Positions 56,801-62,800 of a stretch of DNA of 64,000 nt are shown here, in pieces. The stretch is from IMG/VR virus record IMGVR_UViG_3300045995_000471; one strand, written 5' to 3'. The notes under the pieces were generated by a model that saw only the letters and a program-made list of their open reading frames with translations, ran no database searches and was not told where the DNA came from. Position numbers and translations under genes: made by a program. This DNA is from an uncultured virus (IMG/VR IMGVR_UViG_3300045995_000471) (lineage: Duplodnaviria; Heunggongvirae; Uroviricota; Caudoviricetes). Numbering within the stretch: the stretch's first letter is position 1; each line of letters begins with the position of its first letter.

Positions 56801-59800
56801 GCCCTGATCAATAAATATTTGACCAGTAGATTCATCATAGAAAACCTTATTACCAGCCCGCGCATGCTCACCAGCGAGACCTGCTGTTTCTTTTCCATAA
56901 GTCTTTACTTGTTCTAGAAGACCTTCTAGGCGGTATATTTCAGGAGTCATAACACTCATAACTTTGTCATAAGTCTGTTGAAACTCCTCATATATTTTCA
57001 TTGCAGGACTACTAAAGATGTGAGTTTTTTGATCTTCGGGAGACGAAAATGTACCAAACATCTTGCCAACATCAATATGTTGACCTGGTTTGTTTCGAAG
57101 TACATAGTCTAGAACCTCAGCATAAGAAAGAGCGGGTCCCCCAGGAGTATAGATATTCTCTGCATCTGATCTTTTAGCATAAGAGCCAACGGCCATACCG
57201 GCGCCACCAGAAGACTTCAGTTTATACATGGGCTGTAGACCACGATAAAGAGAAGCTGTTGACATGCCTGGTTCAATTATTTCTTCTTCAATTTGTCCAG
57301 GACGTCCACGTCTCACACGCTCAAGTCCCTCACCTGCAGCAGCAATCCTAAAAGCTCCTTCTATCTTGGATAAGTTATTACCCAGTTCCTTTCTTAGCTC
57401 GGTCAGAACCTTATCAGTAATATTCTCTTTACCAGCGTATGCCTCAAAATCACCCTCATTGAATTTAAACTTAGTTTTAAGTCCTAGTGTCTGGAGTGTC
57501 TCATCTTCAAATCCTTCACGGCCCGCCATAAATTTAGCCAGTCCTAAACTACCCTTTTTAGATAGAGTAGCATCACCAACCAAGCCAGACGAATACTGTT
57601 CTTTTATGTTGGCAACTGACAAACGTCGCATCTCGTCATATACTGATTCTAGCATCGCTCTAAAAGAAGTATTTTCTATAATAGCATTAATGATCTCTTC
57701 TCGGTCTTTTCCTTTTACATCTAGGCCATAATCTTCTGCTTCACCCTTTAGTTCTTCATCAGTTTTTGGGCGGAGAAATTTAGTTCTATAGGTGGCTAAC
57801 TGTTTTTCCTTCTCTCCAAATATACCACCATATCCAGTATCGGCTCCTTGGGATAGCTCATCCAATTTACCAGTAAAGAAAGCATTAAGAACCTTAGGAC
57901 TCATATCAGCACCAGCAGATCCATGCTTACCACCAATAACTTTCTGGATAATATCTCTTAAAAATTCCCCCAACAGCACATTATAAGTATCATGCATTTT
58001 AGGAGTAAGTCCCATTCCCTTAGGATCGGCACCACGGTAAAGGAAACCAATCCTATTAAAAGCCTCATAGCCTTGTCCCATATCAATCTTGTGCACAAAA
58101 TGCTTTAGAGAATCTTCTGCAATATCCTCTGCGGCCGTACCGTGTATATCCAATAGATCCTTCTTAGCAGTCTTCTCGACTCCCTTAAGAAAGTCCATTT
58201 CTTCCCATACAGGAGCAGCATGTCTTGCAAGTAGTGCTGGAGGAATCCCCGTTGCTCCGCCACTGAGAGGAGAAATCTCTTCACCTGGTAGGAGCTCAGC
58301 ACCCTTTTTACCTAAGGACCTCTTTTCCTCAGGAGTATAACTCAGTGTCTCATGTAGAAAACGCCTAGCAGTTCCGTAATCTTTGGTCTGCATATCATGG
58401 ATTCTTTTTAATTCTTCATTGGCTTCTTTGGTAGTAGCCGCATGTACCGACATCATGTCGCCGTCGAAGTCCAAAGTCATTGTTGCTTCATGGTACAAGG
58501 GCATTAGATCCTTGGATACCTTATCAATTCCTTCAACATCTTGTTGTAGTTTTGTAATAGACGAAGTAGCCTTTCCTCCACTATCTTCTAGTTCTCTTTC
58601 TATTTGCTCTACCTTCTGCTGTCTTACCTTTTCCAACTGATCTCGGGCCGCTTCCATCTTAGAGACCACAGGATAGTCTCCTATAGGTAAACCGGGCACT
58701 GTTACAACTCCAGACAGGTCCTTCAGCATATCATCAACAGTCAAACGCATGGCCCTGTAACTAAACTCATCTGTGGTAGGCTGTCTATTAATAAGAGCAT
58801 ATATATTATCAGCTTGTTTCTGTATCTCTGGAGTAGCTTGCCCGGCCTTCTGAAGTTCTCTTAGATCTCTTTCACCAATACGAACTTCGTCGCGTCGCAC
58901 CCACTGAGATGGATGTTTAATTTTGAATTCTTCTACATCCCTAAGCGCAGCCCTCAGTTCTTTGACCAGAGTCATTGCTTCGGAGTTCTGCCCACCAAAT
59001 TTCTCTAATTGGCCTATGGCTCTAGTAATAGCATCAGCAGGATCGTATGGTCGTTGTTGTGCGGTTAGATATAAAGCAGGTATCTTTTTCTTCATTACTA
59101 CGTCTGAGATTACACCACGTCCATATATAGAACGTGTTAATTCATCATAGTAAGCCTGAAGATTTCGTCGTATTTCGGCGTACTGTGTATCCGCCGCAGT
59201 CTTATAAGTTATCCCTGTAACCTGCCTATTCTGATCAAGTTGTGGTTCGTACTGTTTAAATTCTCTTACCAATCTCTTTAAGAGTTTATCGTCCATCAAA
59301 CTCTGAGTTTCATATCCAGCATGCCTACCCTCAGATATATCTACATTAACTTCTTTGCCTATCAGTTCCTTATTCTTAGCATAAATAACAGGGTCCGAAA
59401 GAGCATCTCTCAAGAAGCGAGCACGATAATTAAGGTTAGAAACAGAATCATCTAGGGTGCGGAAGTATTTGTCATAAGCATCCCCTATCGTGATACCCTC
59501 TTTCATTTCTCCTTCGAGCTTTCTTTGTTTATCTTCAGGGACTCTAGAATATGCAGTAGGATACCAAGCTTTCTCCGGGTTCTCAGGATCTACCAAGAGA
59601 GATCTATTACCAAAAAATTGCGGCATTTGGCGCTGTCCAATGGACCCTAGGACCTGCTCTTCCATCTTCCCCAACAGTTCTTTCTTCAAGTCAATATCTC
59701 TAACAGGATGAATCTTATTATAGAAGTTACTCAATACGACATCTAAGAAATTCTTTTGTGTTTCTGTAACTTCTGGTTTATTAGATTGAGATAATAACTG

Positions 59801-62800
59801 ATGATATTTTCTAGTGGCTTCCACAGTCTCAGACAAGTATCTAGAAATAGTACTAGGCAAGACTTCCCCGGTCTCAGACACAACCTTCTCCCTAGCCTTT
59901 ATCTCAGGTATTTCGATGAGGCTCTTGGCAGGCATAACCTGGCGGCCTTCTCTAATTCCCTCTTCGATCTCCTTATCTATTTGAGCCTGCATAGCCTCTG
60001 AGGGCTTAGGTAGCTGTAGTGCCATACGTGGACCATATTTAAATGGATCAAATATAGTACTTCCTAATTCCCCTACTGTTGCCTTGCGCTCTAGCGGGAC
60101 CACAAAGTTCTTAGAATCCTCATCAAGAAGTTCTCGTTCCCCAATAGATTTTAGGTTACCACGAGACGCAGCACGTCTAAGTTCATCTTCACCTAACTTA
60201 GCAAAAGACCTAAAGGCTGAAAGAAGAGCACCAGCTTCTCGGGCTTCTGGCACAGCTCGGGTTGTGAACTCCTTCATCAGGGCGCCACCAGGTTCAAAAA
60301 GTTTCTGTAGCCCGAGCCAGCCATGCGGATCCACCGTCATCTTAGACTCTCCAGACTCTAACTGGGAAGCACCTTTGGCTAACCAAGTCTTAGGTTCTTT
60401 CATGATCATTATATGCATCATTCCAGCAATAGCCTTTTCTACCTGGCCATCTTGTTGATACACAAATTCTTCACCATACTTCCCTCTTAGCCCTAAAGCA
60501 TCTTTATATAGAGTAGCCAGTTCTTTAGCATCACGGCCCGACGCAGTATTTTCTACTAGGATTTTAGCAAGAGGAGATCTACCTATTTGCTCAACTAGAG
60601 TTTCACCTTCTAGTGGTTTACCACGAAGGTTTCCTATGATGTTATTGGCTATTATCTCAGCCATATTTCCACCAATCATACGGCTAGCCTTACCTACGCC
60701 TGTAGCATGAATACGTAAATCGGCTGGTGCATCTTTAAGCAATTCACCACCCATGTCCTTGTAGGCCTGTCTTATCTGGTTCATATCTTGTTCTAAAAGC
60801 TTAACTTGTTCTTGTGGAGATGTTGCTTTCTTAAGTTGTTCCGGAGTAGTAAAACTAAAGCCCAATAATTTACCTATAATTTGGCGACGCTCATCTACAC
60901 CTAGCGTATCTTCACCCATAATCTTTCCAGTACCATACTCGATGGGACTCATCTTAAAACCTTTTAGATGTTCCCCAGCCATCATAATAACATTCTGGGT
61001 ACCTTTAATCATATCAAGGGCCTTTGCTACTTCTGCTGGATTGAGATCTTTACGGGCTTTAAGAAGATCAGTCAAGATTTCTTCAAAGGCTTTAGGTGCA
61101 TCTTTTATAGTGCCTACATCAGTAAACTGTATTTTGGGAAATAGGCCTTGCTTAGCTTTTGCCGCCGCAGAAGCTTCAGCTTCCGGACCACCAAGTCTGC
61201 CGAATACGGTAGCACTAACGCCTTTCATGACCTGACCAGTAGATAATTTGCGAGCTTCATGACCAAGATAAGCATTTAGTAATTCAACAATATTTTCTTC
61301 AATGGGACCTTTGGGAGACTGCGCCCAACGCTTGGCTATATTAGTAACGAAGGTTTGGTCAGCAAGTTCCTGAGATTTGATAGGAGCCCCAAAGATATCA
61401 TGACCAACATCCTGTAGATACTGAACCACACTGTTTCTGAGTTCAGTTTCAGTGCCCTTTAGATTAGGTACAACCATCTTTTTGAATTTAAAGGTAGCAA
61501 CCTCTTGTAGACGCTTACCCATTTCATAGAGATCTTCATAACCTGCCGATAAGTCTTTCAGGATTGTAGTTACATTAAGGCCTGTACCATAAGGTCCCCA
61601 CTCGCCCTTCGAGATCATTTGGTGTGCTTTTCTAGATCGTATAGCATTGAATTCTGGACCGGCTAGAGAATCCCACGCAGCACCAGTTGGGCGGGCAGGA
61701 TTTATAGAATATCCAAAAGCCTCAGTCTCGCGGGGATCATAAGAAGAAAATGGTTGTAGTCTCTTACCTTTAAAGAAGGCTTCCATAAACTGTTCACCGA
61801 AGTCTCGTTTACCAGATGCAGCCGCCTCATTCAAGCCTACAGTTGCCAACCGTTCTATGGTTGGGCCTAATTTCTTAGCCGCTGCCTCTACACCCCTTAA
61901 CAATTCTTTCTGATATAATTCCTCCATATCTAGGTTGCGTTGAATAATGAAACGTCTTAAGGCTTGGAGATCTACAGGTACACCAAAAGAACTAGGCCCT
62001 GCATCTACTCCTGGGATCTTGGGCTGTATAGTAATAACTTTACTGCGCCCGTAGACCTCATGCTTTTGCATAGCCTCGTGTTCTTCTGGAACTTTTTCTT
62101 TAATAGGATCAAATACGCGTTTAAAACTCTGAACTAACAATTCATTAAAGAAAGACTCATTACCAAGTCTACCGGCAGAAGACAGGCTATTTCTGATTCT
62201 CTCCAATTCATTAGTTTGATCTTTTGAAAAAGTAGCCGCACGGTTAAGAAGACTGTAAAAATCTATATTTCTATACTTACTAAACTCTTCTAGAACTCTC
62301 TGCCAAGCTCTCACATTATAGTCACTTTGACCAAAGATCTCTCGCTCCTTTTGTTCTAGGCGTTTAATCACATTTTCTAATTGACCAACAGGAATATCAG
62401 CAGCTCTAGTTCCAGACTTTTCAGACTCTGCCCTCATATACCCAACAACAGGAGCAGGTATTAATTCATATCTAGCACCTTTCCCCTTTAAAGCATCAAG
62501 CTGGGATCTAAATCTTGCTTCTAATTCAGGAGGAAGTTTACGACCACCGCTTATTATTTCTTCTTTTAATACACGTTCTTCAGTAGTACGTATAGCCTCT
62601 CTAAGTGCTGTCTCATAAGTAGACATAAAGTCTTGCTTCATTAGGTTAATGGCTTCAGTAGCCTTACGAGCTCGACCGCCTCTGGTTTCTTGCAAGAAGG
62701 TATTAACTTTATCAAAAGAATCTTTCATTTTCTGGATTGATTCCTCAGCAGCCGCCTCCATACCTACACCAACACCATGTTCCTCGGCAGGCCTGGATCT

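Noticed and set aside
57900..61620. Host rpoB/rpoC genes or a cellular rpoBC fusion
   Set aside because: Only the catalytic motifs are recognisable, divergence is extreme, and the region is in frame with a tape-measure domain in a phage tail operon.
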